Origin: Mycobacterium tuberculosis H37Rv
GTDB taxonomy: Bacteria; Actinomycetota; Actinomycetes; Mycobacteriales; Mycobacteriaceae
Direction: 5' to 3'
NCBI RefSeq assembly: GCF_000195955.2
Contig: NC_000962.3
Location: forward strand, 780,001-812,000
DNA length: 32,000 bases
Made by a program: the position numbers and the translations under genes. The first letter of the stretch is position 1. Each line of letters begins with the position of its first letter. Positions 11,074 to 20,073 of this stretch are shown one piece after another. The notes under the pieces were generated by a model that worked only from the letters and a program-made list of their open reading frames with translations, was not told the DNA's origin and searched no databases.

Positions 11074-11666
11074 TGGTTGAGTCGGTCCAGACCGGCGCCG
11101 ACGACGTCAAACGCGGCCCCGAGCGCTTCGGTCAAGGAGACGGATTCGTCGCGCAGCCAATGTTCATAGGCGCTCAGAGCGACCCCCAGCATTGTCCAGG
11201 CGACGGTTTGGGGCATAAAGTCTGTCGTCTTTCCACCCGATCTGCGGGCAACGAATTTGGCGATCACCTCGCGCCAGCCAGCATACATGGTCATCGAATA
11301 GGCCTGCAGTTCAGGAGTTTGCAAGATGACCCGCATGCGCTTGCGGTGTCGGATGGTTTCGGATTCGTCAAAGGTGTTGAAGGCCAACAGCGCTGCGCGC
11401 AACGCGTCCCTCAGCTGAATCCGTGAATCGATATTGTCGAGTAGACCTTGTAGCTGTGCAAGGTGGGTGCTGAAGTCACCCCAGGGGATGGCGTTCTTGG
11501 AGGCGTAGTAGCGAAACAACGTTCTGCGGGCGATGCCGGCCGCCCGGGCGATGTCGTCCACGCTGACATCGGTGAAACCGTGGGCAGCGAACAGTTCGAT
11601 GGCAACATCGCTGATGTGGTGCGGTGTGGTTGAGCGCCGTCGGCCCACCCGCGACTCGTGCGGCAT
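11070..11666 (-). CDS. mftR: TetR-family regulator of the mycofactocin cluster
   Basis: 198 aa from ATG 11666..11664 ([58 protein letters not shown]). It is divergent from mftA. The 370-aa ORF in the track is an upstream read-through that runs antisense to mftA/mftB. Confidence 0.92.
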
Positions 11667-11756
11667 CACATTCGCCCTTCCATTTCGGCACTCGATGCCA
11701 TATTGTGTCCAGATCGACGGATCGCTGTCGAGACCTGCTGGCGAAAGGCAATCCAG
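11667..11756. promoter_or_regulatory. divergent mftR / mftA promoter-operator region
   Basis: 90-bp spacer between divergent start codons. It contains an imperfect dyad TCGACGGATCGCTGTCGA (11714-11731) and an AAAGG RBS about 9 nt before the mftA ATG. No promoter hexamers assigned. Confidence 0.5.
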
Positions 11757-11846
11757 ATGGACTACGAAACCGATACCGACACCGAGCTTGTCACCGAGAC
11801 CCTGGTTGAAGAGGTGTCCATCGACGGAATGTGTGGGGTTTACTGA
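11757..11846 (+). CDS. mftA: mycofactocin precursor peptide
   Basis: 29 codons: [29 protein letters not shown]. The acidic leader plus the invariant C-terminal IDGMCGVY is the signature of MftA. It lies directly upstream of mftB/mftC and is hidden inside the 62-aa ORF 11658..11846 of the track. Confidence 0.93.
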
Positions 11847-11848
11847 CC

Positions 11849-12160
11849 GTGCCGGCGCCCGCGCAGGCTCGCCGGGCTGATTCCAGCGAATTCGATCCCG
11901 ATCGCGGCTGGCGACTACACCCACAGGTGGCGGTCCGGCCGGAGCCTTTTGGCGCGCTGCTCTATCACTTCGGCACCCGTAAGTTGTCATTTCTGAAAAA
12001 TCGCACCATCCTCGCGGTGGTGCAGACGCTGGCGGATTATCCCGATATCCGGTCGGCCTGCCGCGGCGCCGGCGTCGACGACTGTGACCAGGATCCGTAC
12101 CTGCACGCCCTGAGTGTGCTCGCCGGTTCGAACATGCTGGTTCCTCGGCAGACAACATGA
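11849..12160 (+). CDS. mftB: mycofactocin precursor chaperone (PqqD-like RiPP recognition element)
   Basis: [40 protein letters not shown] is typical of MftB. The start is ambiguous: GTG 11849 (103 aa, 2 nt after the mftA stop) or GTG 11831 (109 aa, overlapping mftA). The stop overlaps the mftC ATG (ATGA). Confidence 0.88.
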
Positions 12161-13332
12161 CGAGCCCCGTACCCCGACTCATCGAGCAGTTCGAGCGGGG
12201 GCTCGACGCGCCGATCTGCCTTACCTGGGAGCTGACCTACGCCTGCAACCTAGCTTGCGTGCACTGCCTGTCGTCCTCGGGCAAACGCGATCCCGGCGAG
12301 TTGTCCACCCGCCAATGCAAGGACATCATCGACGAACTGGAACGCATGCAGGTGTTCTACGTGAACATCGGCGGCGGCGAACCAACCGTGCGCCCGGACT
12401 TTTGGGAGCTGGTAGATTACGCCACCGCACACCACGTCGGGGTGAAATTCTCCACCAACGGGGTCCGGATCACCCCCGAGGTGGCCACGCGGCTGGCAGC
12501 CACCGACTACGTCGACGTTCAGATCTCACTCGACGGCGCCACGGCCGAGGTCAACGACGCCATCCGCGGCACCGGGTCGTTCGACATGGCGGTGCGCGCG
12601 CTGCAGAACCTGGCAGCGGCGGGATTTGCCGGCGTCAAGATCTCGGTTGTGATCACCCGGCGCAACGTCGCCCAGCTCGACGAATTCGCCACGCTGGCAA
12701 GCCGTTACGGAGCGACGTTGCGGATAACCAGGTTGCGACCGTCCGGGCGCGGGACTGACGTATGGGCCGACCTGCACCCCACCGCCGACCAGCAGGTGCA
12801 GCTTTACGACTGGCTGGTTTCCAAAGGAGAGCGGGTGCTCACCGGCGATTCCTTCTTCCACCTGGCGCCGCTCGGCCAGTCGGGGGCTCTGGCCGGCTTG
12901 AACATGTGCGGAGCCGGGCGGGTAGTGTGCCTGATCGACCCGGTGGGTGACGTGTATGCGTGCCCATTCGCCATTCATGACCACTTCTTAGCCGGAAACG
13001 TGTTGTCCGACGGCGGATTTCAAAATGTCTGGAAGAACTCGTCGCTGTTTCGCGAGCTCCGGGAGCCCCAGTCCGCAGGCGCCTGTGGCAGCTGCGGACA
13101 CTACGACAGCTGCCGGGGCGGCTGCATGGCGGCGAAATTCTTCACCGGCCTGCCGCTGGACGGGCCGGATCCCGAATGCGTGCAAGGCCATAGCGAGCCG
13201 GCGCTGGCGCGCGAGCGCCACCTACCGCGGCCCCGCGCCGACCACTCCCGCGGTCGGCGCGTCAGCAAACCGGTGCCCCTGACGCTGTCGATGCGGCCAC
13301 CCAAGCGCCCGTGCAATGAAAGTCCGGTGTAG
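12157..13332 (+). CDS. mftC: radical SAM/SPASM maturase (oxidative decarboxylation and C-C cross-link of the MftA C-terminal Val-Tyr)
   Basis: 391 aa. The CxxxCxxC motif is CNLACVHC at 12244-12267. SPASM Cys clusters are [21 protein letters not shown] and [16 protein letters not shown]. Confidence 0.97.
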
Positions 13333-13334
13333 CC

Positions 13335-14525
13335 GTGGCCGAAGCGTGGTTTGAAACGGTAGCCATCGCGCAGCAACGCGCGAAGCGGAGGCTGCCGAAA
13401 TCGGTTTACTCGTCCCTGATTGCGGCCAGTGAAAAGGGAATCACGGTCGCCGACAATGTCGCAGCATTCAGCGAGCTCGGGTTCGCGCCGCACGTCATCG
13501 GGGCGACAGATAAACGTGACTTGTCGACGACCGTTATGGGGCAAGAAGTTTCGTTGCCAGTGATTATTTCGCCGACCGGTGTTCAGGCGGTCGATCCCGG
13601 CGGTGAAGTCGCCGTCGCGCGGGCCGCGGCCGCCCGGGGTACTGTGATGGGATTGTCCTCGTTTGCCAGCAAGCCGATCGAGGAGGTCATTGCCGCCAAC
13701 CCCAAGACCTTCTTCCAGGTCTACTGGCAGGGCGGGCGCGACGCGCTCGCTGAACGCGTCGAACGGGCGCGGCAGGCCGGCGCGGTCGGCCTGGTCGTCA
13801 CCACCGACTGGACGTTCTCGCACGGGCGCGACTGGGGCAGCCCCAAGATCCCCGAAGAGATGAACTTGAAGACCATCCTGCGGCTATCCCCGGAGGCGAT
13901 CACCCGGCCGAGGTGGTTGTGGAAGTTCGCCAAGACGCTACGGCCACCGGACCTACGGGTGCCCAACCAGGGCCGGCGCGGCGAGCCCGGCCCACCGTTC
14001 TTCGCAGCCTACGGCGAATGGATGGCAACACCTCCGCCGACCTGGGAAGATATCGGCTGGCTGCGCGAACTGTGGGGCGGACCGTTCATGCTCAAGGGCG
14101 TCATGCGGGTCGACGATGCCAAAAGAGCTGTGGATGCCGGGGTTTCGGCGATCTCGGTATCCAACCATGGTGGCAACAATTTGGATGGGACGCCAGCATC
14201 GATCCGGGCCCTGCCCGCGGTCTCGGCGGCGGTCGGCGATCAGGTCGAAGTGTTGCTCGACGGCGGCATCCGGCGGGGCAGCGATGTCGTCAAGGCGGTG
14301 GCGCTGGGCGCGCGCGCGGTAATGATTGGTCGCGCTTACCTGTGGGGCTTGGCCGCCAACGGCCAAGCCGGGGTCGAGAATGTACTCGACATCCTGCGCG
14401 GTGGTATCGACTCGGCTCTGATGGGTCTCGGGCATGCCTCTGTCCATGACCTCAGCCCAGCCGACATCCTCGTTCCCACCGGGTTCATCCGCGACCTGGG
14501 TGTGCCCTCCCGACGGGACGTTTAG
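13335..14525 (+). CDS. mftD: FMN-dependent alpha-hydroxy-acid-oxidase-family enzyme of mycofactocin biosynthesis (annotated lldD1 in Mtb)
   Basis: 396 aa with a GTG start 2 nt after the mftC stop. The TIM-barrel FMN motif is VSNHGGNNLDG, followed by LLDGGIRRGSDVVKAVALGA. Confidence 0.95.
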   Translation: MAEAWFETVAIAQQRAKRRLPKSVYSSLIAASEKGITVADNVAAFSELGFAPHVIGATDKRDLSTTVMGQEVSLPVIISPTGVQAVDPGGEVAVARAAAARGTVMGLSSFASKPIEEVIAANPKTFFQVYWQGGRDALAERVERARQAGAVGLVVTTDWTFSHGRDWGSPKIPEEMNLKTILRLSPEAITRPRWLWKFAKTLRPPDLRVPNQGRRGEPGPPFFAAYGEWMATPPPTWEDIGWLRELWGGPFMLKGVMRVDDAKRAVDAGVSAISVSNHGGNNLDGTPASIRALPAVSAAVGDQVEVLLDGGIRRGSDVVKAVALGARAVMIGRAYLWGLAANGQAGVENVLDILRGGIDSALMGLGHASVHDLSPADILVPTGFIRDLGVPSRRDV

Positions 14526-14714
14526 CCGGATGTTGAGCTGGGCCCAAATTGGGGTTGGCCCTCCCATTACCACAGAGATGCTCGCGACGGAATGACGTTT
14601 TTAGAAATTCTGATACGGGCGTGGCAGCCGTGGCGGGCGAGCAGGATGTGTGGCCGGTAAGTCATCACGACGAAAAAAATTTCGGTAGAAGACATAACAA
14701 TTGGTGCACGCCAG

Positions 14715-15470
14715 GTGAATTCGTCCTACCATCGGCGAGTGCCGGTAGTCGGGGAACTCGGGAGTGCGACGTCGAGCCAGCTACCAAGCACGTCGCCGTC
14801 GATAGTGATCCCGCTGGGGTCCACCGAGCAGCACGGTCCCCACCTGCCGTTAGATACCGATACCCGGATCGCGACCGCCGTGGCCCGGACCGTCACCGCG
14901 AGGCTGCACGCCGAGGACCTGCCCATTGCTCAGGAGGAATGGCTGATGGCGCCCGCCATTGCCTACGGCGCCAGCGGCGAACACCAGCGTTTCGCTGGAA
15001 CGATCTCTATCGGCACTGAAGCCCTGACGATGTTGCTCGTGGAGTATGGCAGGTCGGCCGCCTGCTGGGCCCGGCGCCTGGTCTTCGTCAACGGGCACGG
15101 CGGCAATGTCGGCGCTTTGACCCGAGCGGTAGGCCTGCTGCGCGCTGAAGGTCGCGACGCCGGATGGTGCCCGTGCACCTGCCCGGGCGGTGACCCCCAC
15201 GCCGGCCACACCGAAACATCCGTGCTGCTGCATCTTTCGCCGGCCGACGTGCGCACCGAACGGTGGCGCGCGGGTAATCGCGCACCGCTGCCCGTGTTGT
15301 TGCCGTCGATGCGCCGAGGCGGGGTCGCGGCCGTGAGCGAGACAGGAGTGCTCGGGGATCCGACCACGGCGACCGCGGCCGAGGGGCGGCGGATCTTCGC
15401 GGCGATGGTCGACGACTGTGTGCGCCGAGTCGCCCGGTGGATGCCACAGCCCGACGGGATGTTGACATGA
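14715..15470 (+). CDS. mftE: creatininase-family peptidase releasing the modified MftA C-terminus
   Basis: 251 aa with a GTG start. Motifs are VIPLGSTEQHGPHLPLDTD and VNGHGGN. Confidence 0.93.
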   Translation: MNSSYHRRVPVVGELGSATSSQLPSTSPSIVIPLGSTEQHGPHLPLDTDTRIATAVARTVTARLHAEDLPIAQEEWLMAPAIAYGASGEHQRFAGTISIGTEALTMLLVEYGRSAACWARRLVFVNGHGGNVGALTRAVGLLRAEGRDAGWCPCTCPGGDPHAGHTETSVLLHLSPADVRTERWRAGNRAPLPVLLPSMRRGGVAAVSETGVLGDPTTATAAEGRRIFAAMVDDCVRRVARWMPQPDGMLT

Positions 15471-15518
15471 CCGCGCCGGCGACGATGCAGAGCGAAGCGA
15501 TGAGGAGAAGCGGCGCAG
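15471..15518. repeat. single MIRU-family unit filling the mftE-mftF spacer
   Basis: 15476-15507 (CCGGCGACGATGCAGAGCGAAGCGATGAGGAG) is 32/32 identical to 22437-22468 in the rplW-rplB MIRU. The minus-strand translation [12 protein letters not shown] appears at both sites in the ORF track. Confidence 0.85.
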
Positions 15519-16931
15519 ATGACCGCGACCCGACTGCCTGACGGGTTCGCCGTCCAGGTTGACCGTCGCGTGCGAGTGCTTGGCGACGGCTCGGCCCTGC
15601 TCGGTGGCTCACCGACCCGGTTGCTGCGGCTGGCTCCCGCCGCACGAGGCCTGCTCTGTGACGGCCGCCTTAAGGTCCGCGACGAGGTCAGCGCGGAGCT
15701 GGCCCGCATCCTGCTGGACGCCACGGTGGCGCATCCACGGCCGCCGAGTGGGCCGTCACATCGTGACGTCACCGTCGTTATACCAGTACGGAACAACGCA
15801 TCTGGTCTGCGGCGTCTGGTGACCTCGTTACGCGGATTACGCGTCATCGTGGTCGACGACGGTTCGGCGTGCCCGGTCGAGTCGGACGACTTTGTCGGCG
15901 CACATTGCGACATCGAAGTACTCCACCACCCCCACAGCAAGGGGCCGGCCGCGGCTCGCAACACCGGGCTAGCGGCCTGCACCACCGACTTCGTGGCGTT
16001 CCTGGATTCCGACGTGACGCCGCGGCGGGGATGGTTGGAATCCTTACTCGGCCACTTCTGCGATCCCACCGTCGCACTCGTCGCACCTCGCATCGTCAGC
16101 TTGGTGGAAGGCGAGAACCCGGTAGCTCGCTATGAGGCCCTGCACTCGTCGTTGGACCTTGGTCAGCGCGAAGCGCCGGTGTTACCGCATAGCACAGTCT
16201 CTTACGTGCCGAGCGCCGCCATCGTTTGCCGGAGTTCAGCCATCCGCGACGTCGGCGGCTTCGACGAGACCATGCACTCCGGGGAAGATGTCGACTTGTG
16301 CTGGCGGCTCATCGAGGCTGGTGCTCGGCTGCGCTACGAGCCAATTGCGCTGGTCGCCCATGACCATCGGACCCAATTGCGGGACTGGATCGCGCGCAAG
16401 GCGTTTTACGGCGGTTCGGCGGCTCCGCTAGCTGTGCGGCACCCGGACAAGACCGCGCCGCTGGTGATTTCGGGCGGGGCGCTGATGGCGTGGATCCTCA
16501 TGTCGATCGGCACAGGCCTTGGTCGACTGGCGTCGTTGGTGATCGCGGTGCTGACTGGTCGCCGGATCGCCAGGGCCATGCGCTGCGCCGAGACGTCGTT
16601 CTTGGATGTGCTTGCCGTCGCCACCCGCGGGTTGTGGGCGGCCGCGCTGCAGCTGGCGTCGGCCATCTGCCGGCACTATTGGCCACTGGCATTGCTCGCG
16701 GCCATCCTGTCGCGCCGCTGTAGGCGGGTGGTGTTGATTGCGGCGGTAGTGGACGGTGTGGTGGATTGGCTTCGCCGCAGGGAGGGCGCCGACGATGATG
16801 CTGAACCGATTGGGCCGCTGACCTACCTAGTGCTGAAGCGCGTGGACGACTTGGCTTATGGCGCTGGCCTGTGGTACGGGGTGGTGCGCGAACGTAACAT
16901 CGGCGCGCTCAAGCCGCAGATTCGTACCTAG
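15519..16931 (+). CDS. mftF: family-2 glycosyltransferase of mycofactocin biosynthesis with a C-terminal membrane domain
   Basis: 470 aa. The GT2 core is [10 protein letters not shown]...VIVVDDGS...FLDSDV. The C-terminal ~140 aa carry several hydrophobic helices. Confidence 0.93.
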   Translation: MTATRLPDGFAVQVDRRVRVLGDGSALLGGSPTRLLRLAPAARGLLCDGRLKVRDEVSAELARILLDATVAHPRPPSGPSHRDVTVVIPVRNNASGLRRLVTSLRGLRVIVVDDGSACPVESDDFVGAHCDIEVLHHPHSKGPAAARNTGLAACTTDFVAFLDSDVTPRRGWLESLLGHFCDPTVALVAPRIVSLVEGENPVARYEALHSSLDLGQREAPVLPHSTVSYVPSAAIVCRSSAIRDVGGFDETMHSGEDVDLCWRLIEAGARLRYEPIALVAHDHRTQLRDWIARKAFYGGSAAPLAVRHPDKTAPLVISGGALMAWILMSIGTGLGRLASLVIAVLTGRRIARAMRCAETSFLDVLAVATRGLWAAALQLASAICRHYWPLALLAAILSRRCRRVVLIAAVVDGVVDWLRRREGADDDAEPIGPLTYLVLKRVDDLAYGAGLWYGVVRERNIGALKPQIRT

Positions 16932-16932
16932 T

Positions 16933-18372
16933 GTGACTGCGGCGGTCCGGCATAGCGATGTGCTGGTCGTCGGTGCTGGAAGTGCTGGATCGGTTGTTGC
17001 CGAGCGTCTTTCCATGGACTCGAGCTGTGTGGTGACCGTGCTTGAGGCTGGCCCCGGGCTGGCCGATCCGGGGTTGCTGGCTCAGACGGCCAATGGGTTG
17101 CAACTGCCGATCGGAGCTGGCAGCCCTCTGGTTGAGCGTTATCGGACGCGGCTCACCGATCGACCGGTTCGCCACTTGCCGATCGTGCGGGGTGCGACGG
17201 TCGGCGGTTCCGGCGCAATCAACGGCGGCTATTTCTGCCGCGGACTGCCCAGCGATTTCGACCGTGCCTCGATACCAGGCTGGGCATGGTCTGACGTTCT
17301 GGAGCACTTCCGGGCTATCGAGACAGATCTGGATTTCGAGACGCCTGTGCATGGCCGTAGTGGCCCCATCCCAGTTCGCCGCACACACGAAATGACTGGC
17401 ATCACTGAAAGTTTCATGGCTGCCGCAGAGGACGCAGGGTTCGCTTGGATCGCTGACCTCAACGATGTTGGGCCGGAAATGCCTTCGGGTGTAGGCGCGG
17501 TCCCGCTCAACATCGTTAACGGCGTACGCACCAGCTCGGCGGTCGGCTATCTGATGCCCGCGCTGGGACGGCCGAATCTGACACTGCTGGCCCGGACGCG
17601 GGCGGTGCGGTTGCGCTTTTCCGCCACCACCGCGGTGGGTGTCGACGCGATCGGCCCAGGAGGCCCGGTAAGCCTGAGCGCTGACCGAATCGTATTGTGC
17701 GCCGGAGCGATTCAGTCAGCTCATCTGTTGATGCTCTCGGGCGTCGGCGAGGAGGAGGTGTTGCGATCCGCCGGTGTGAAGGTGCTTATGGCGTTGCCGG
17801 TTGGCATGGGCTGCAGTGACCACCCGGAATGGGTGATGCCGACCAACTGGGCGGTGGCTGTCGATCGGCCGGTGTTAGAGGTGCTGCTGAGCACTCATGA
17901 CGGCATCGAAATAAGGCCGTACACAGGCGGCTTCGTTGCGATGACCGGCGACGGTACAGCCGGGCATCGCGATTGGCCGCATATCGGGGTGGCGCTCATG
18001 CAGCCGCGGGCACGCGGACGCATCACGTTGGTCTCGAGTGATCCCCAGATACCAGTCCGCATCGAGCACCGATACGACAGTGAACCTGCCGATGTCGCGG
18101 CCCTGCGCCAGGGTAGCGCATTGGCCCACGAATTATGCGGTGCGGCAACGCGCATCGGTCCAGCCGTATGGGCGACATCGCAGCATCTGTGTGGTAGTGC
18201 CCCAATGGGCACCGACGATGACCCACGAGCCGTCGTCGACCCGAGGTGTCGGGTCCGCGGCATCGAAAACCTATGGGTGATAGACGGATCTGTCCTTCCG
18301 TCGATCACCAGTCGCGGTCCACACGCAACGATCGTAATGCTGGGCCACCGCGCGGCCGAATTTGTTCAGTGA
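16933..18372 (+). CDS. mftG: GMC-family flavoprotein oxidoreductase (mycofactocin dehydrogenase)
   Basis: 479 aa from the GTG at 16933, 1 nt after the mftF stop. The N-terminal FAD motif is DVLVVGAGSAGSVVAERLS and the GMC C-terminal block is HLCGSAPMG...VIDGSVLP. The 504-aa track ORF would overlap mftF by 74 nt. Confidence 0.92.
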   Translation: MTAAVRHSDVLVVGAGSAGSVVAERLSMDSSCVVTVLEAGPGLADPGLLAQTANGLQLPIGAGSPLVERYRTRLTDRPVRHLPIVRGATVGGSGAINGGYFCRGLPSDFDRASIPGWAWSDVLEHFRAIETDLDFETPVHGRSGPIPVRRTHEMTGITESFMAAAEDAGFAWIADLNDVGPEMPSGVGAVPLNIVNGVRTSSAVGYLMPALGRPNLTLLARTRAVRLRFSATTAVGVDAIGPGGPVSLSADRIVLCAGAIQSAHLLMLSGVGEEEVLRSAGVKVLMALPVGMGCSDHPEWVMPTNWAVAVDRPVLEVLLSTHDGIEIRPYTGGFVAMTGDGTAGHRDWPHIGVALMQPRARGRITLVSSDPQIPVRIEHRYDSEPADVAALRQGSALAHELCGAATRIGPAVWATSQHLCGSAPMGTDDDPRAVVDPRCRVRGIENLWVIDGSVLPSITSRGPHATIVMLGHRAAEFVQ

Positions 18373-18832
18373 CTTTCGTCGAGTGGGGCGACCACAGCGG
18401 TCGCTGCCGAATGTGCATTTCGGTCAGGCATTGAGCAGGGGACCGAATAGCGTAGCTCCGCATCGGACTGCAGTCGTCAGGTCGACGATGATGGCGCTGA
18501 CATCGGAGGTGGGCCGCGGCCCAGGCTTCGCGGTTTGGCGGCCTGCGAAGAAGTGGCTCTTCTGACACTTCCGTGGGTGGACTTCTGGTTTGAGTAGGCG
18601 CACGTCGTTGTCGCTTAGGGTTTCTGGCTTGTCAAAGGACAGGACCAGCGCAGATCACTGTAGTCTTAGCTGATGCTGCCGCCCGGATTGCCGACGTCGT
18701 GGCCCAGCGGTGCCCCAACGCGGTCCGCCGCGTCGATCCTTTCCACGTGGTGGCCTGGGCCACCGAGGCTCTAGAGGCTGAACGGCGCCGGGCCTGAAAC
18801 GACGCGCGAGCGCCCGCCCGGACCCCGAGTCA

Positions 18833-19444
18833 TTGGGTCGCAGGGGTAACCGAAGGGTGCACGTTGACCGCGTGAGGCTAACCGGCACCGAGCGTGAACT
18901 GAGGGCGGAGAATCAGAGCCCCCCGATTTTCCGCCCGCAGAACACGTTGGGCGACGGCGCCAACGGGCTGCCACTGGCCGTGTGCACCACGACGGCTCAC
19001 ACGTGCCACACTTCCCATACTCACCCATCGCGGTGGACCCCAAACCCAGTGCCGGCCACCAAGGGCGTCCCCGCTGGATTGGTGCAAGCAACCTTCATCA
19101 TCGAAAACCTTGACCCCGGCAACAACGACACGCCGACCCCCCCTACACCCAAACTGCGATTAGCCCGAAAACCTGGGCACCATAGGCGATCTGAATACGA
19201 TGCGGATTCGGTGCTGCGGAGAAAGGATACATCGCGCCGATGCGTCCAGGCGGATGACGTCCGATGCGTGCAGCTGGTCCAGGATCCGCGGCGCGGACGT
19301 GTCGAACTCGGTGGTTACCGCGCCGAGCTTACTGTTGGCCGACGGGCGGCGGTGAATTGCCAACGCCCGCAATATGGTGCGGATGGATGGCCCGTTCGGT
19401 TGGGTTGCGGGGTAGGCGGCGCCGCGCGAGGCGATCAGCGCTGA
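18833..19444 (+). CDS. questionable 203-codon ORF (Rv0698-type hypothetical)
   Basis: The N-terminal part (about 18900-19150) has visibly G/C-rich third positions; by my hand count roughly three quarters of codons end in G/C. The 3' half runs antisense to a coding-like minus-strand ORF. No recognisable domain and no clear RBS. Confidence 0.2.
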   Translation: MGRRGNRRVHVDRVRLTGTERELRAENQSPPIFRPQNTLGDGANGLPLAVCTTTAHTCHTSHTHPSRWTPNPVPATKGVPAGLVQATFIIENLDPGNNDTPTPPTPKLRLARKPGHHRRSEYDADSVLRRKDTSRRCVQADDVRCVQLVQDPRRGRVELGGYRAELTVGRRAAVNCQRPQYGADGWPVRLGCGVGGAARGDQR

Positions 19445-20053
19445 GGTCGGGAATTCACCTCCGGTCGCGGGAGTACAGCGGTCGGCTGGGGTGCCGCCGG
19501 TGTCTGTCGGGTAGAGGCGGCAGGACACGCTCGCCGTCAAAACGGCTTCGGCAAACGGGTCTTCGCCGTCGACAGGCAGGGTTGGTGATCCCGGCCTCGG
19601 CGGCGACGGTCTGGTCATTGATTGTGCGATGGGTGATCGTCGTGTCGATCTGCTCGCGGCGAAGGACTCGGAGATCCGGCGCTCGATGGGGGCAGTACCG
19701 GTCGGCGCGGGAAGCTCGCAGGTGGCGACGAGTTGGGCGAGTGATCGTTGCATCCGCTGTCGGGCGGCGATTCTGTCGGCCGACTGTGCCAACTTGGCTA
19801 GGGCCAATTCGCGGGGCGGTCTGGCAGTCGGCGGGTCCGCTGTCAGCTAGCTGCAGCAGCTCCTCGATCTCGTCGAGGCTGAATCCATGGGACTACGCGC
19901 GTCTGACGGACGAGACCACCGATACCGCATCGGCGCGATACCGCGATAGCCCTGAGAACGACCGGGCCGGCGCGGCTAGCAGGTCCTCCGCTCGTAATAG
20001 CGCAGCGTCTGGCCGTTGATCCCAGCCCGCGCGGCAACCTGGCTACTCCGCAT
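19160..20053 (-). pseudogene. MerR-family regulator pseudogene followed by further decayed coding sequence
   Basis: From ATG 20053 the sequence reads MRSSQVAARAGINGQTLRYYERR. The rest of the MerR fold appears only after a frame switch (~19985), an in-frame TAG (19893-19895) and a second frame switch in a G-run (19813-19816). Those segments read LLAAPARSFSGLSRYRADAVSVVSSVRRA*SHGFSLDEIEELLQLADSGPADCQTA, then RELALAKLAQSADRIAARQRMQRSLAQLVATCE. Confidence 0.6.
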
Positions 20054-20073
20054 TCCGCCATTCCGAACCCTGT

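Noticed and set aside
11667-12182. N-terminal extension of the mftR ORF to 370 codons
   Set aside because: The extension would run antisense through mftA and mftB and has no TetR-like sequence. The ATG at 11666 gives a normal 198-aa TetR with the HTH at the expected distance.
14963-16093. 376-codon minus-strand ORF antisense to mftE/mftF, plus the 185-codon ORF 15088..15645
   Set aside because: These are shadow ORFs with Arg/Ser/Pro-rich composition. They were useful only because their translations expose the shared MIRU core ([12 protein letters not shown]).
16858-16932. Longer starts for mftG (16858), and likewise for rplC (20737) and rplN (31265)
   Set aside because: The extensions overlap the preceding gene or a leader and lack homology-like sequence. 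The internal starts at 16933, 20809 and 31373 give the canonical N-termini, and the latter two have RBS-like purine runs.
18880-19330. Possible organomercurial-lyase (MerB)-like remnant downstream of the MerR pseudogene (ILRALAIHRRPS...RILDQL; ...GSVARVSRRGAHG)
   Set aside because: The resemblance to the MerB N-terminal winged helix and to the ARVSSHCAATG segment is weak. The spacing does not fit, and the catalytic Cys/Asp residues are not recognisable. It is too speculative to call.
19629-19850. 73-codon plus-strand ORF (Rv0699-type hypothetical)
   Set aside because: It lies exactly antisense to the recognisable MerR-family reading frames (dimerisation helix and GFSLDEIEELL segment). It has no RBS, and its composition (Arg/Ala/Ser-rich) fits a shadow frame.
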